Shown piece by piece: positions 38,882 through 48,800 of a DNA stretch of 64,000 nucleotides; position 1 is the stretch's first letter, and every line of letters begins with the position of its first letter. The stretch covers positions 46,661 through 110,660 of the forward strand of contig CAVONL010000012.1 in the NCBI GenBank assembly GCA_963697295.1, read 5' to 3'. This stretch comes from an uncultured Planctomycetaceae bacterium. GTDB taxonomy: Bacteria > Planctomycetota > Planctomycetia > Pirellulales > Pirellulaceae. Position numbers and translations under genes: made by a program. Under the pieces are notes generated by a model. It saw only the letters and a program-made list of their open reading frames with translations, did not search any database and had not been told where the DNA came from.

Positions 38882-40481
38882 CTTGTCAGCATTGCAAAGT
38901 AAAATTTCCGATTTTGAAACATTCCAACACTCTCGCCCGAACTCGGCAAGAGGATCGGAACAGCGAAGTGGCCTGACAGCAGCCGTCATCGGCAGTGGCT
39001 TTGGTGGATTGGCAGCCGCGATTCGACTGCAGGCGATGGGCATTCAAACGACTTGTTTCGAAGGTCGCGATAAACCGGGTGGCCGCGCCTATGTTTACCA
39101 AGATGAAGGGTTCACGTTTGACGCCGGACCCACCGTGATCACCGCGCCCCACTGCCTGGAAGAACTCTTCGAAGTCGCCGGGCGATCGATGACCGACTAT
39201 GTCAAGCTGCTTCCTGTCTCACCGTTTTATCGGCTGCGCTGGAGCGATGGAGTCGAATTTGATTACGTCGGTGAAGAATCCGAATTGCTGAAACAGATCG
39301 AAAAAATTAATCCGGCCGATGTTGATGGCTATAAACGGTTCGCGGACTACACTCGAAAAGTTTTCGAGAAGGGTTATGTCGAGCTGGGAGCGACTCCATT
39401 TCTGCGGTTTCGGGACATGATTTCGGTCGCGCCTGACCTCATGAAACTGCGGGCCGACCGCAGCGTTTACAAAACCGTCTCCAAGTTCATGAAGGACGAG
39501 CATCTGCGACAAGCTTTCAGTTTTCATCCGTTGTTGGTGGGCGGCAACCCCTTTGATACCAGTTCGATCTATACCTTGATTCACTGGATCGAACGCGAAT
39601 GGGGGGTGTTTTTTCCAGAGGGTGGAACGGGTGCCCTGGTAAATGGCTTGGTAAAACTTTTCACGGACATCGGGGGAAAGTTACAACTGAATTCTCCCGT
39701 GGAGAATGTGCAGTTGGTTTCATCGGAAAATCCAGTCAGCCCGCACCCGGTTCAACACCGGCTCAAAACCCGAGGCCAGGAACCTGTTCGATTCGATCTC
39801 GTTGTCTCCAACGCCGACGTTCATCACACCTATTCAAAAATTTACAAGTCTGTCACCGTCGCTGACAAGCGTCGCCGGAAACTGGAGCGGATGGAGTGGT
39901 CCATGTCGCTGTTCGTAATGTATTTCGGCACCCGGAAGCGATATGACGACATTGCCCACCACACGATTTTGTTTGGACCGCGGTTTAAGGGTCTGTTGAA
40001 AGACATTTTTCAGGGCAATTCCTTGCCAGAAGACTTCAGCCTCTACCTGCATGCACCGACAGTCACCGATCCGAGTCTCGCGCCTCCGGGTTGCGAAGCG
40101 TTTTATGTTCTCAGCCCCGTTCCGCATCTTGGCCAGGCCGATATCGATTGGGAATCCGTCGCTCCAAAATATGGTGATGTAATCCTGGAATCGTTGGAAG
40201 ACTATTTGCCTGGATTGCGCGATTCAATTGTCACGCGTCGACATTTTACTCCTCGGGATTTTCGAACTGAGCTCAATGCCTTTCATGGTTCCGCTTTCTC
40301 GGTGGCACCAAAACTGACGCAAAGCGCATTTTTTCGACCGCACAATCGTGATGACGCCATTCCAGGTCTTTACATCGTCGGCGCGGGAACTCATCCGGGC
40401 GCGGGCGTTCCAGGCGTGGTCAACACGGCCAAAGCGACGTCCGGAGTGATCGCAGCCGATTACGGAGTCGCCGTCTCATGA
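38874..40481 (+). CDS. crtI: Phytoene desaturase
   Basis: IGSGFGGLAAAIRLQA, DKPGGRAY, FDAGPTVIT, LLVGGNPF, DFSLYLHAP, QSAFFRPHN, GAGTHPGAGVPGV. Confidence 0.96.
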   Translation: MSNLSALQSKISDFETFQHSRPNSARGSEQRSGLTAAVIGSGFGGLAAAIRLQAMGIQTTCFEGRDKPGGRAYVYQDEGFTFDAGPTVITAPHCLEELFEVAGRSMTDYVKLLPVSPFYRLRWSDGVEFDYVGEESELLKQIEKINPADVDGYKRFADYTRKVFEKGYVELGATPFLRFRDMISVAPDLMKLRADRSVYKTVSKFMKDEHLRQAFSFHPLLVGGNPFDTSSIYTLIHWIEREWGVFFPEGGTGALVNGLVKLFTDIGGKLQLNSPVENVQLVSSENPVSPHPVQHRLKTRGQEPVRFDLVVSNADVHHTYSKIYKSVTVADKRRRKLERMEWSMSLFVMYFGTRKRYDDIAHHTILFGPRFKGLLKDIFQGNSLPEDFSLYLHAPTVTDPSLAPPGCEAFYVLSPVPHLGQADIDWESVAPKYGDVILESLEDYLPGLRDSIVTRRHFTPRDFRTELNAFHGSAFSVAPKLTQSAFFRPHNRDDAIPGLYIVGAGTHPGAGVPGVVNTAKATSGVIAADYGVAVS

Positions 40482-41677
40482 GCTTTGATTTTGATCAACT
40501 GCCGACTGAAGACAGCGCCGTGATCGAACATCACAGCCGCTCGTTTTCATTGGCGGCCCGTATGCTCCCCGCCAAGATTCGACCGGACGTAGAAAAACTG
40601 TATGCCTGGTGTCGGTGGTGTGACGATGCGGTCGATAGCGCGCCCGATGTCGAATCAGCCAAAGCCCGGCTTGATCTGCTGCGAGCCGACGTGCAACTTA
40701 TTTACGAGGGTGCAAATCCTGTTCATGCGGCGTCGAATTGGCTGGCGAGCGTCGTCAAGCAATACAAACTACCAATCGAACTGCCTCTCGATTTACTCGC
40801 CGGCATGGAAACGGATCTGGTAACACCTGTCTTCCAATCGGTTGATGAGCTGTTGTTGTATTGTTACCGGGCCGCCGGCACGGTGGGTCTGATGATGTGT
40901 CGCATCATGGGCGTCACTGACCCGCGAGCGTTTCCGAAAGCGGAAGCGTTGGGGATTGCCATGCAATTGACCAACATTGCCCGGGATATCAAAGAAGACT
41001 GGCAACGCGGTCGACGCTACCTGCCGGCAAAATGGTTGCCGCTTACGCCACAGAAGCACAAGACACCGTCGAACCAGGAAATCCGCCCGGCGGTCGAACA
41101 ACTTTTGAAACTGGCGGATTCGTATTACGCCACCGGTCTCAGCGGCCTGGAAGACTTGCCTCACGGTGCGCGATATGCCATACGATTGGCCGCAAAAGTT
41201 TATCAGGAAATCGGCAATGAAATCCGACGCCGAGATTTTCAAGTCATGGATCAGCGGGTCTACGTTCCGAACCGGCAAAAGCTGGTTGTCGCAGCCAAAT
41301 GCCTGATCTCAGAAATCCAATTTCGAATTGAGGGCTTTTATCGTCGGTTCAAAACGCCTCCAGTTAACACGCTTACACCTGTCAACTTTTTTTCTCGAGG
41401 ACATTACGAAATGAAAAACGAAACTCGTTACCTGTTTTATCTCGGACTTTCACTGACTTTAATCATGGCCACCACGCTATTTACGTTGGTGGGGATCAAT
41501 CCAAAAGATTCCTCGTACCAGTCATTGCCCTGGATCTACGCGGTTGCCTGTGCCGTGTTGGCAGGTTTAACTGGTTTGATGGCTCGGCGGTGCAACCACT
41601 TGTTCGAAATCGAAAAGACAAGCGCGAAAGTTCGGGTTGTCGATTCGAAAGCTGGTTTTCCAAAATCGAAGTTTTGA
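40478..41677 (+). CDS. crtB: Phytoene synthase with an extra C-terminal two-TM domain
   Basis: SRSFSLAA, LYAWCRWCDDAVD, YCYRAAGTVG, LGIAMQLTNIARDIKED..GRRYLP. Confidence 0.93.
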   Translation: MSFDFDQLPTEDSAVIEHHSRSFSLAARMLPAKIRPDVEKLYAWCRWCDDAVDSAPDVESAKARLDLLRADVQLIYEGANPVHAASNWLASVVKQYKLPIELPLDLLAGMETDLVTPVFQSVDELLLYCYRAAGTVGLMMCRIMGVTDPRAFPKAEALGIAMQLTNIARDIKEDWQRGRRYLPAKWLPLTPQKHKTPSNQEIRPAVEQLLKLADSYYATGLSGLEDLPHGARYAIRLAAKVYQEIGNEIRRRDFQVMDQRVYVPNRQKLVVAAKCLISEIQFRIEGFYRRFKTPPVNTLTPVNFFSRGHYEMKNETRYLFYLGLSLTLIMATTLFTLVGINPKDSSYQSLPWIYAVACAVLAGLTGLMARRCNHLFEIEKTSAKVRVVDSKAGFPKSKF

Positions 41678-41943
41678 TGAAATCTTCGTTGCCACAAATC
41701 AAGCTTACCGAAGCAGCAGTCGATCGTGTCATCCAGATGGCTTGGGAGGATCGAACCACGTTTGATGCGATCCACGAACAGTTTGATCTGACACCTGGTC
41801 AAGTCATCAAACTGATGCGATCGAGGCTATGCCCGTCCTCGTTTCGGTTATGGCGTCAAAGAACGGACGGACGCTCGACCAAGCACTTGGGAAAGAGAAC
41901 TTTCCGCGTGGGTCGATTCCGCTGCCCCAGCCAGCGCGGCTGA
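41677..41943 (+). CDS. TIGR03643/DUF2805 family protein
   Basis: DRVIQMAWEDRTTFDAI..QF.L...VIKLMR..L.PSSFRLWR; TGATG coupling to crtB. Confidence 0.9.
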   Translation: MKSSLPQIKLTEAAVDRVIQMAWEDRTTFDAIHEQFDLTPGQVIKLMRSRLCPSSFRLWRQRTDGRSTKHLGKRTFRVGRFRCPSQRG

Positions 41944-41967
41944 GGCCGAGATTTTAAATTCGTTTCA

Positions 41968-42921
41968 ATGAAGTTCAGGAGCTCGATGATTCACTCGGTA
42001 GTTCAGCGAATCGGTGACGTCTATGATCGCCTCGACAGTGGCCCCAATCATCAGCGGCTGGAGCGGTTGGTGGTCGCGCTGGCGGTGGCTGGGTTTCTCC
42101 TGCATCTGATGTTGATTTTGGTGGTTCGTTTAAATCCGGAGTTCGAGAATGGTTTGCTCTCCGGTATTGGCAAGAATTATCTGCACGCTGTTTACACGCC
42201 GTTTAGTTTCATCTTGTTTTACGAAGTCCTGTTGCTTGTGCTGGCCCTGCCCAAGTCGCTGACCAGTTCGATCGGCAAGCAATATGAAATTATTTCTTTG
42301 ATCGTGGTTCGACGCGTATTCAAAGATATTGGTGCGTTCGAAGACGTAGAAAGTTGGTTGGCGCAAACGGACGCGTTGCGAATGGTGTTCCTGGACATGG
42401 GCGGCGCATTGTTGATGTTCTTGACTGTCGCTGCATTCTATCGAATCCGGCTGACCGTCGTTAAGTCATTTGCCCAGCGGGATCTCGAGGGCTTCATCGC
42501 AATCAAGAAAGCGATCGCGGTGCTACTTGGGGCCGTGCTGGTTGGCTTGGCTACCTTCAACCTGGCAGTCTGGCTGTTAACTTCATTGTCGATCGAGAAT
42601 TCAATATTGGTGAGCCCCGCCGATATCGACAACTTCTTTTTCCCCGCGTTTTTCGAATTCATGATTTTTACAGATGTGTTTCTGTTGATCATTTCAATTT
42701 CATATTACGAGCGCTATGAGCATGTCTTTCGTAACGCGGGCTTTGTGATATCCACCGTTTTGTTGCGAATTTCGCTATCGACAAAGCAACCCTTCGACGT
42801 TGCGATTGCGCTCGTCGCGATGGTCTACGGACTTTGTGTGATCGCCGTATTCGCCTACTTTACGCGGGTGTTGGCAAACAACCGGCAGGTCGAAACCGAT
42901 GGGTCGGGCGATGCAGACTAA
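41968..42921 (+). CDS. Conserved hypothetical multi-pass membrane protein
   Basis: About 8 TM segments; YTPFSFILFYEV, KQYEIISLIVVRRVFKDI, FRNAGFVISTVL. Confidence 0.8.
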   Translation: MKFRSSMIHSVVQRIGDVYDRLDSGPNHQRLERLVVALAVAGFLLHLMLILVVRLNPEFENGLLSGIGKNYLHAVYTPFSFILFYEVLLLVLALPKSLTSSIGKQYEIISLIVVRRVFKDIGAFEDVESWLAQTDALRMVFLDMGGALLMFLTVAAFYRIRLTVVKSFAQRDLEGFIAIKKAIAVLLGAVLVGLATFNLAVWLLTSLSIENSILVSPADIDNFFFPAFFEFMIFTDVFLLIISISYYERYEHVFRNAGFVISTVLLRISLSTKQPFDVAIALVAMVYGLCVIAVFAYFTRVLANNRQVETDGSGDAD

Positions 42922-42944
42922 AGGTGAAAGAATCAACGGCAATT

Positions 42945-43007
42945 CTGTTTGCCAGGTCAGTGAGTGAAACTCCCGACCGACTCACGTCGGGAGCATCTGG
43001 CAAACAG
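42945..43007. repeat. Nested inverted repeat between convergent genes
   Basis: CTGTTTGCCAG (42945) / CTGGCAAACAG (42997) enclosing CTCCCGAC...GTCGGGAG. Confidence 0.7.
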
Positions 43008-43036
43008 CCCGCCGGTCAAAAATGAGTTGATGGCGG

Positions 43037-43492
43037 TTATTTGTCGTTGTTGGACTTGTTGAGTTCAGCTTCCAGTTGTTCTTGCGCTTGTTGGGCAGCA
43101 CTTTTCAGGGCATTGTCACCCGCGCTGCTGTTTCCGCTGAAACTGGCCCCGGAGGCCGGAGCTTGATAAGGGTTTGGTTGTTGGTAGGCGTACGGATTGT
43201 AACCGCCATAGCCAAAGTTGTTGTTGTAGGCGGTGTTCCAGGCTGCCGCGCGGGCGACGGGATGATAATAGCCCACGCCCGGATCAAAATGGGGATAGTA
43301 GCCAACGTGATTGAACCCGCCCGCATGAAAACCACTTGCCTCGATCCCCCCTGCATGAACTCCGCCAACATGAACTCCCTCGGCGTGAAAACCGCCGATT
43401 CCACCATGGGCTTGAGCGACCGAGGGCATTGACCCGATCAAAAGTATGATGCAAACCGTCAAACCTGTTAGCAGATGAATTTTGCGTTTCAT
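43037..43492 (-). CDS. Secreted Gly/His/Tyr-rich low-complexity protein
   Basis: Signal peptide ending AQA; GxHA pentapeptide repeats; AAGGA SD. Confidence 0.7.
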   Translation of the reverse strand: MKRKIHLLTGLTVCIILLIGSMPSVAQAHGGIGGFHAEGVHVGGVHAGGIEASGFHAGGFNHVGYYPHFDPGVGYYHPVARAAAWNTAYNNNFGYGGYNPYAYQQPNPYQAPASGASFSGNSSAGDNALKSAAQQAQEQLEAELNKSNNDK

Positions 43493-43566
43493 GACCGTCG
43501 TCCTTCAAAATAAAAATTTTCTTGTTGTTTAATTGAAATTCGCCGCCAAACACGGCAGCGAACCGG

Positions 43567-44484
43567 CTAGTTTCGCATCGAGACAAGCTTGAAAGTCTCG
43601 TCAGGCAAGATGTTTCCTCCGCGGTTGCGGTTGGTGACGGCCCACGTCTGGCTGCGATCGCTATTTTGAGTAACGGTTTCGATCGCGGTTGCGATTTGCC
43701 CATCTGGCAGGGCCTCCGTCGATTGCACCGACCAGCTGGTCCCGTTTTTTGACCAGCTTCCATCAATGATCCCGCCTTTGGAGTCAAATGCCCAAGACCG
43801 AATTTGTTGGGAAGGAGCATGCCAGCCGATCCTCTGTGTACCCAAGTTGCGGACGTCGCCATCCACCGTCGCCACAAACTCGCGAATAATAAAATTGCGG
43901 TTGACCGACCAATAGCTCTTGATCTGAATCACCGGAGCTCCAGGGGCTGCCGGGCCGTTCGGTTGTTCGTCAATCCAATCACCGATCAAGAACTCCAAAT
44001 CTTTCAGTCGGCCGTAATTCGAAGGTGGGTAAGGCGGTCGCTCTTGCACGCTGAGCATGAGCCATTTTCCATCTCGATTCGTATAAATCACGGAATAGCG
44101 GCCTTCGGCGGGCGGTTGTCCATCCGCCGTGACCGTCCTGGTTGTGCCGGTTTCTGAAACGACGTCTTTTTCCAGGAACTTGATCGTATCGATATTGATT
44201 TCGAGCTTGGCGCCCTTGTTTTGACTGAAGAAATCCGAGAACGCTTTTTCGAGCACTTCCCGGCCACGCATCAAAAATCCGGTTTGATCGATATATTCTC
44301 CGTCGGCGACCCACAGCGCGGCCAAAGTTTTGGCATCACCTTGATTGAAGGCAGCCTGATAGGCAGCGGCGGCGGCTCGAATCGCCTGTTCGTCTGTTGC
44401 GCGGTCGGGCGTTTGCGCATCAAGCTGAGGCAAAAGCGACATAAACGTGACCGACAATGCGGCAAAGGCAAGAAATCTTGTCAT
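43567..44484 (-). CDS. Exported SgcJ/EcaC-like (NTF2/DUF4440) protein
   Basis: Signal peptide; AIRAAAAAYQAAFNQGDAKTLAALW; LKDLEFLIGDW; TQRIGW..IRSWAFDSKGG. Confidence 0.85.
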   Translation of the reverse strand: MTRFLAFAALSVTFMSLLPQLDAQTPDRATDEQAIRAAAAAYQAAFNQGDAKTLAALWVADGEYIDQTGFLMRGREVLEKAFSDFFSQNKGAKLEINIDTIKFLEKDVVSETGTTRTVTADGQPPAEGRYSVIYTNRDGKWLMLSVQERPPYPPSNYGRLKDLEFLIGDWIDEQPNGPAAPGAPVIQIKSYWSVNRNFIIREFVATVDGDVRNLGTQRIGWHAPSQQIRSWAFDSKGGIIDGSWSKNGTSWSVQSTEALPDGQIATAIETVTQNSDRSQTWAVTNRNRGGNILPDETFKLVSMRN

Positions 44485-44667
44485 GGTTTGTCTCTTAAGT
44501 GGAGGCACTAAGTATTCGTCAATTATTTTGCTGCGGAGAAGGGGAATCTCGATTCAAAATCCGACGCGCTCATTCGAATTCCAAACGGGAAACCCCATGC
44601 TACTCACTGACAAAGCAACTTGCAAATACAGTTTCCGACCGGGGGACAAACAGGATGTGATTGCCGA

Positions 44668-45279
44668 CTATTTGAGCCGAATCAGGACCTCGTTACGTCG
44701 CAATGGGCCCGGTGTCCACGGCGGATCATAACCGGCGAATTCGGCACCGTTCACTCCGGACAGTTCTTTGGCTTCCATCCACTTGCGCAGCTTGTCTTGA
44801 GCCTCGGACAGCGTTTTCTCGTTCATCCGCCCGGAAAATCGCATGACTGCAAATCGACCGCCGTCGCGTTTTCGAATTTGCACGTTTTGGTTGTCGGGGT
44901 TGGGAATGCTCTCTTGGGCAACTTGTTTGGGTATGACAAACCCCATTTGCCCTTCCGGCTTCCGGTTTTTCGACTCCTGGTTTTCGGGTTCCATGAACAC
45001 GGGCGTGGTCATGGCAACCTTTTGACGATCAGTGTTTTCGCCGCTGATGTACTGGAATAGTCGATTGAAACTACCATCGTCTCCCTGCGATTCGAATTTC
45101 ATCGCGGTCGTGGCCAGCATCAAATCCGGGTACTCGCGAATTTCAAACGAACCGTCGGCTTCAATCACCGTGTATTCGGCGGACTCGTAGCTGCTCCGCG
45201 ATGTCATTTTCCATCCCACAAACAGGATCGCAACGATCGCGATGGTCACGATCAGATATAACATTTTTTTTCCGGGCAT
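44668..45279 (-). CDS. SOUL heme-binding protein
   Basis: FEIREY, SFNRLFQYISG.N, KVAMTTPV, AVMRFSG, YDPPWT..RRNEV. Confidence 0.93.
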   Translation of the reverse strand: MPGKKMLYLIVTIAIVAILFVGWKMTSRSSYESAEYTVIEADGSFEIREYPDLMLATTAMKFESQGDDGSFNRLFQYISGENTDRQKVAMTTPVFMEPENQESKNRKPEGQMGFVIPKQVAQESIPNPDNQNVQIRKRDGGRFAVMRFSGRMNEKTLSEAQDKLRKWMEAKELSGVNGAEFAGYDPPWTPGPLRRNEVLIRLK

Positions 45280-45373
45280 GTTTAAATTCGTTCGAAGCCA
45301 ATTGAGTTCAAAGTGTCCAGGAGAGCTGGCTTTCCCGGAGATCTCTGGCTTATTGTATACCGTGTTCTTCGAT

Positions 45374-45700
45374 TCAAGAAGAAAGCTCGTTCTTGTGACC
45401 CCACAGGCCTCCGAATTTGACCAGTTGCAAATCTCCCAGCACGCGGCACTGACAGGCCAGTCGCAACCCGGATCCAGCTCGGTGCGGCGGGAAACTGAGC
45501 CGCCATTTTTCGATGCTCGTCATCTCGGACACGTTGCCGTCGATCTGAACTGCACAGGTGCCGCAGGTGCCCATCCCGCGGCAATGAATGGCCGCCGAAA
45601 TTCCATTGTACAGGGGCGCATGTGCCTGCATCAGGACTCGGCGAAGGTTTTCACCTGCGGAGCACTCAATGATCTGATTTTGAAAACGGATGATTGGCAT
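45374..45700 (-). CDS. 2Fe-2S ferredoxin
   Basis: CRGMGTCGTC...RLACQ. Confidence 0.92.
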   Translation of the reverse strand: MPIIRFQNQIIECSAGENLRRVLMQAHAPLYNGISAAIHCRGMGTCGTCAVQIDGNVSEMTSIEKWRLSFPPHRAGSGLRLACQCRVLGDLQLVKFGGLWGHKNELSS

Positions 45701-45853
45701 TGGATCGTCATCGAACGGGGTTGTGCTAACATCTTGACCATTTTAACAAAGCAGAATCGAGAGTTGTTTATCGCTATTTGAAACGGTAATAATACGGTAT
45801 CGGTGTTTGAAAGTTCATTCGTGGTTCACTTTTCAAAGCGCACGGAGGTGGAC

Positions 45854-48800
45854 ATGCCCGACGTTTCTTCTGCAGCGAGTCCCCGAGTAGGATCGCCTCT
45901 AAAACACGTGGTCGGGATTGGTGCTTCGGCGGGCGGCCTCGAGGCACTTGAGCAGATGTTCCTGGAGATGCCGAGCGATACGGGCATGGCGTTTGTTGTC
46001 GTGCAGCACCTTTCGCCGGATTTTGCGAGCATGATGGATGAGCTATTGGTCCGAAAAACGGATATGCCAGTTCAGACGGTTTCGGATGGCATGGCTCGTC
46101 GAGCCAAACTGCATTTACCTGATTCCGCCCAAGAAGGAGATGATCATTTCGGATGGCAAATTGCTGTTGACGGATAAAGACCCGGGGCAGGGTCTGTCGT
46201 TACCGATTGACCAGTTTTTCAAATCTCTGGCACGCGACTATGGAGAAAAGGCGGTGGCCATCGTGCTGTCGGGCACCGGCAGCGATGGTTCTCGGGGAAT
46301 TTGCGACGTCCATGCGGCCGGTGGACTGGTGATCGTGCAAAGCGAGGAGACTGCAAAATTCGACGGGATGCCCAAAAGCGCAGTGGAAACGGGCATGTTT
46401 GACCTGATCATGCCGCCGGCCGAAATCGGCAAGACACTCGGACGTTACGTCGCGCGTCCGATTCGCAGTGAACTGGTCGCAGAAGCGGACCGGCTGGAAG
46501 TCAATGAACCAGCGCTGAAAAAGCTGCTGCGTTTGTTGCGCGAAGTCCATGGAATCGACTTTTCGGTCTACAAACAGCCGACGGTGCTTCGTCGCATTGA
46601 GCGGCGACTGATCATGAGTGAGACCCAGGATCTTGACGAATACGTCGAGCGGGTGGGCAAAAATCCCGATGAGCTCCAGGCGATTTATCGCGACTTGCTG
46701 ATTGGCGTTACCCAGTTCTTCCGGGATCGTGAAGCGTTTGATTTGCTGGAAGAACAAGTCCTGCCCGAACTTCTGCAACAGCATCCCGCCGACCAGGAGT
46801 TTCGCGTCTGGATTGCCGGCTGCGCGACGGGTGAAGAAGCCTATTCGCTGGCGATCTTACTGGATGAGTTAATGTTACCGGCCCAACGTGAGAACGTGAA
46901 AATTTTTGCGACGGATGTTCATCGAACTTCTTTGGATTTTGCCAGCGCGGGAATTTACAATGCCTCCAGTATGACCAATGTCTCACCGGGGAGGATCGCG
47001 CGGTACTTCACCAAATCTGGCCAAGATTTTCAAATCGCCAAAGAACTGCGGCAGATGATCGTTTTCGCGGCGCAGAATGTGGTCAAGGACGCTCCGTTTA
47101 CCCGACTCGATCTGATCAGCTGCCGAAACCTGCTGATTTATCTGCAACCCGGAATTCAAAAGAAGGTCATCTCTCTGTTTCATTTCGGTTTGCGTACCAA
47201 CGGTGTGTTAATGCTCGGACCCAGCGAGAGCTTGGGCGACCTGGAAGATGAGTTTCGGCCGATTGACCGACATTGGAAGGTCTATTCGAAGCGTCGGGAC
47301 GTGCGTCTGCATTCGACGTTGCGAATGCCATTGACCGGCCGGACTGGCCTGCAGTTGGCGGGTCCCCGGCAGTTTTCACAGCCCAAGTCATCCGCGAATG
47401 AACTGTCGCAGGCTTATGATGAATTGCTCGACCAGTTTTTGCCGCCATCGGTGTTGATCAATCAGGAACGCGAGATCGTGCACGTTTTCGGAGATGCAGG
47501 ACGGTACCTGCATATCAAACGGGGGCGGACGACCGGAGATATCCTCGATCTGTTTGGCGGAGACCTGAAAACAGCGATTTCAGGTGCCATTCACCGGGTC
47601 GCCAAGGATGGCAAGGCCACGGCCTACACGGGCGTCAACGTCGACTCGGAAAATGACCGACGGCAGATCAAGATGTCCGTGCTGCCCATCTTCAGCCGCA
47701 ACGCCGAAATGACGCACATGCTGATCACGTTCGAAGAGATTTCGGATTCGGCAAGAACAATTGCGGCGGATGTTACCGAAACCGAAATTGACTTAAATGC
47801 CGATTCCCGCGACCAAATCGAATCACTCGAAATCGACTTGCGGCATACGAAAGAAAACCTGCAAGCGACCATTGAAGAGCTGGAAACAAGTAACGAAGAG
47901 TTGCACGCGACCAACGAGGAGTTAGTCGCCTCCAGCGAAGAAATGCAGTCTACGAACGAGGAACTGCACTCGGTCAATGAAGAGCTGTATACCGTCAATG
48001 CCGAATACCAGCGAAAGATCGGCGAATTGACGGAAATGACCGAAGACATGAACCATTTGCTGATCAGCACGGATGTGGGCGTGTTGTTCCTCGACCAGGA
48101 TCTGGCGATTCGGAAATTCACGCCGCGAATCGCGCGGTCGTTTAACATTCTGGAACAGGACATCGGCCGTTCGTTCAGCAACTTTACTCACAATATCCGC
48201 CACGACACCCTGATCGAAGATATCCAGTGGGTGCTTTCGTCCGGTCAGCCTTACGAAACCGACGTCAAGGACAGTACTGGTCACGACTATTTTTTGCGGA
48301 TTCTACCCTATCGCGTCTTTTCCGAGATTGATGGGGTCGTCATTACGCTGATTGATGTTGCCTCCGTCAAGAAGGCTCAATCGGATGTCCGCGAGCGAGA
48401 TATCCGGCTCAAAGGAATCCTAGACCATTCGCCCTCATTCATCTTTATCAAGGATTTGCAGGGCAAGTACATCGTTGCCAATTCACAATCGAAAAAAGTA
48501 TTTGGTCGGACACCCTGCACAGTTGATTGGCAAGACCAATCATGACTTGTTGCCGCCGCAGGTCGCGGATCGGATCGAGGAACACGATGTGTTGGTTGCG
48601 AGTACGGGGCAAAAGATCCAGGTTGAAGAGACGATTCCCCGGGACGGCAAGGGCCGCACCTATCTCTCGGTGAAATACCCGTTGCGCGACGAGAACAATC
48701 GAATTTTTGCCATCGCGGGCATCAAGACGGAAATCACAAAACGGAAGCTGGCCGAACGCAAGGCCCAACGGGCGATCCGCGAACGCGACCGGTTCCTCGC

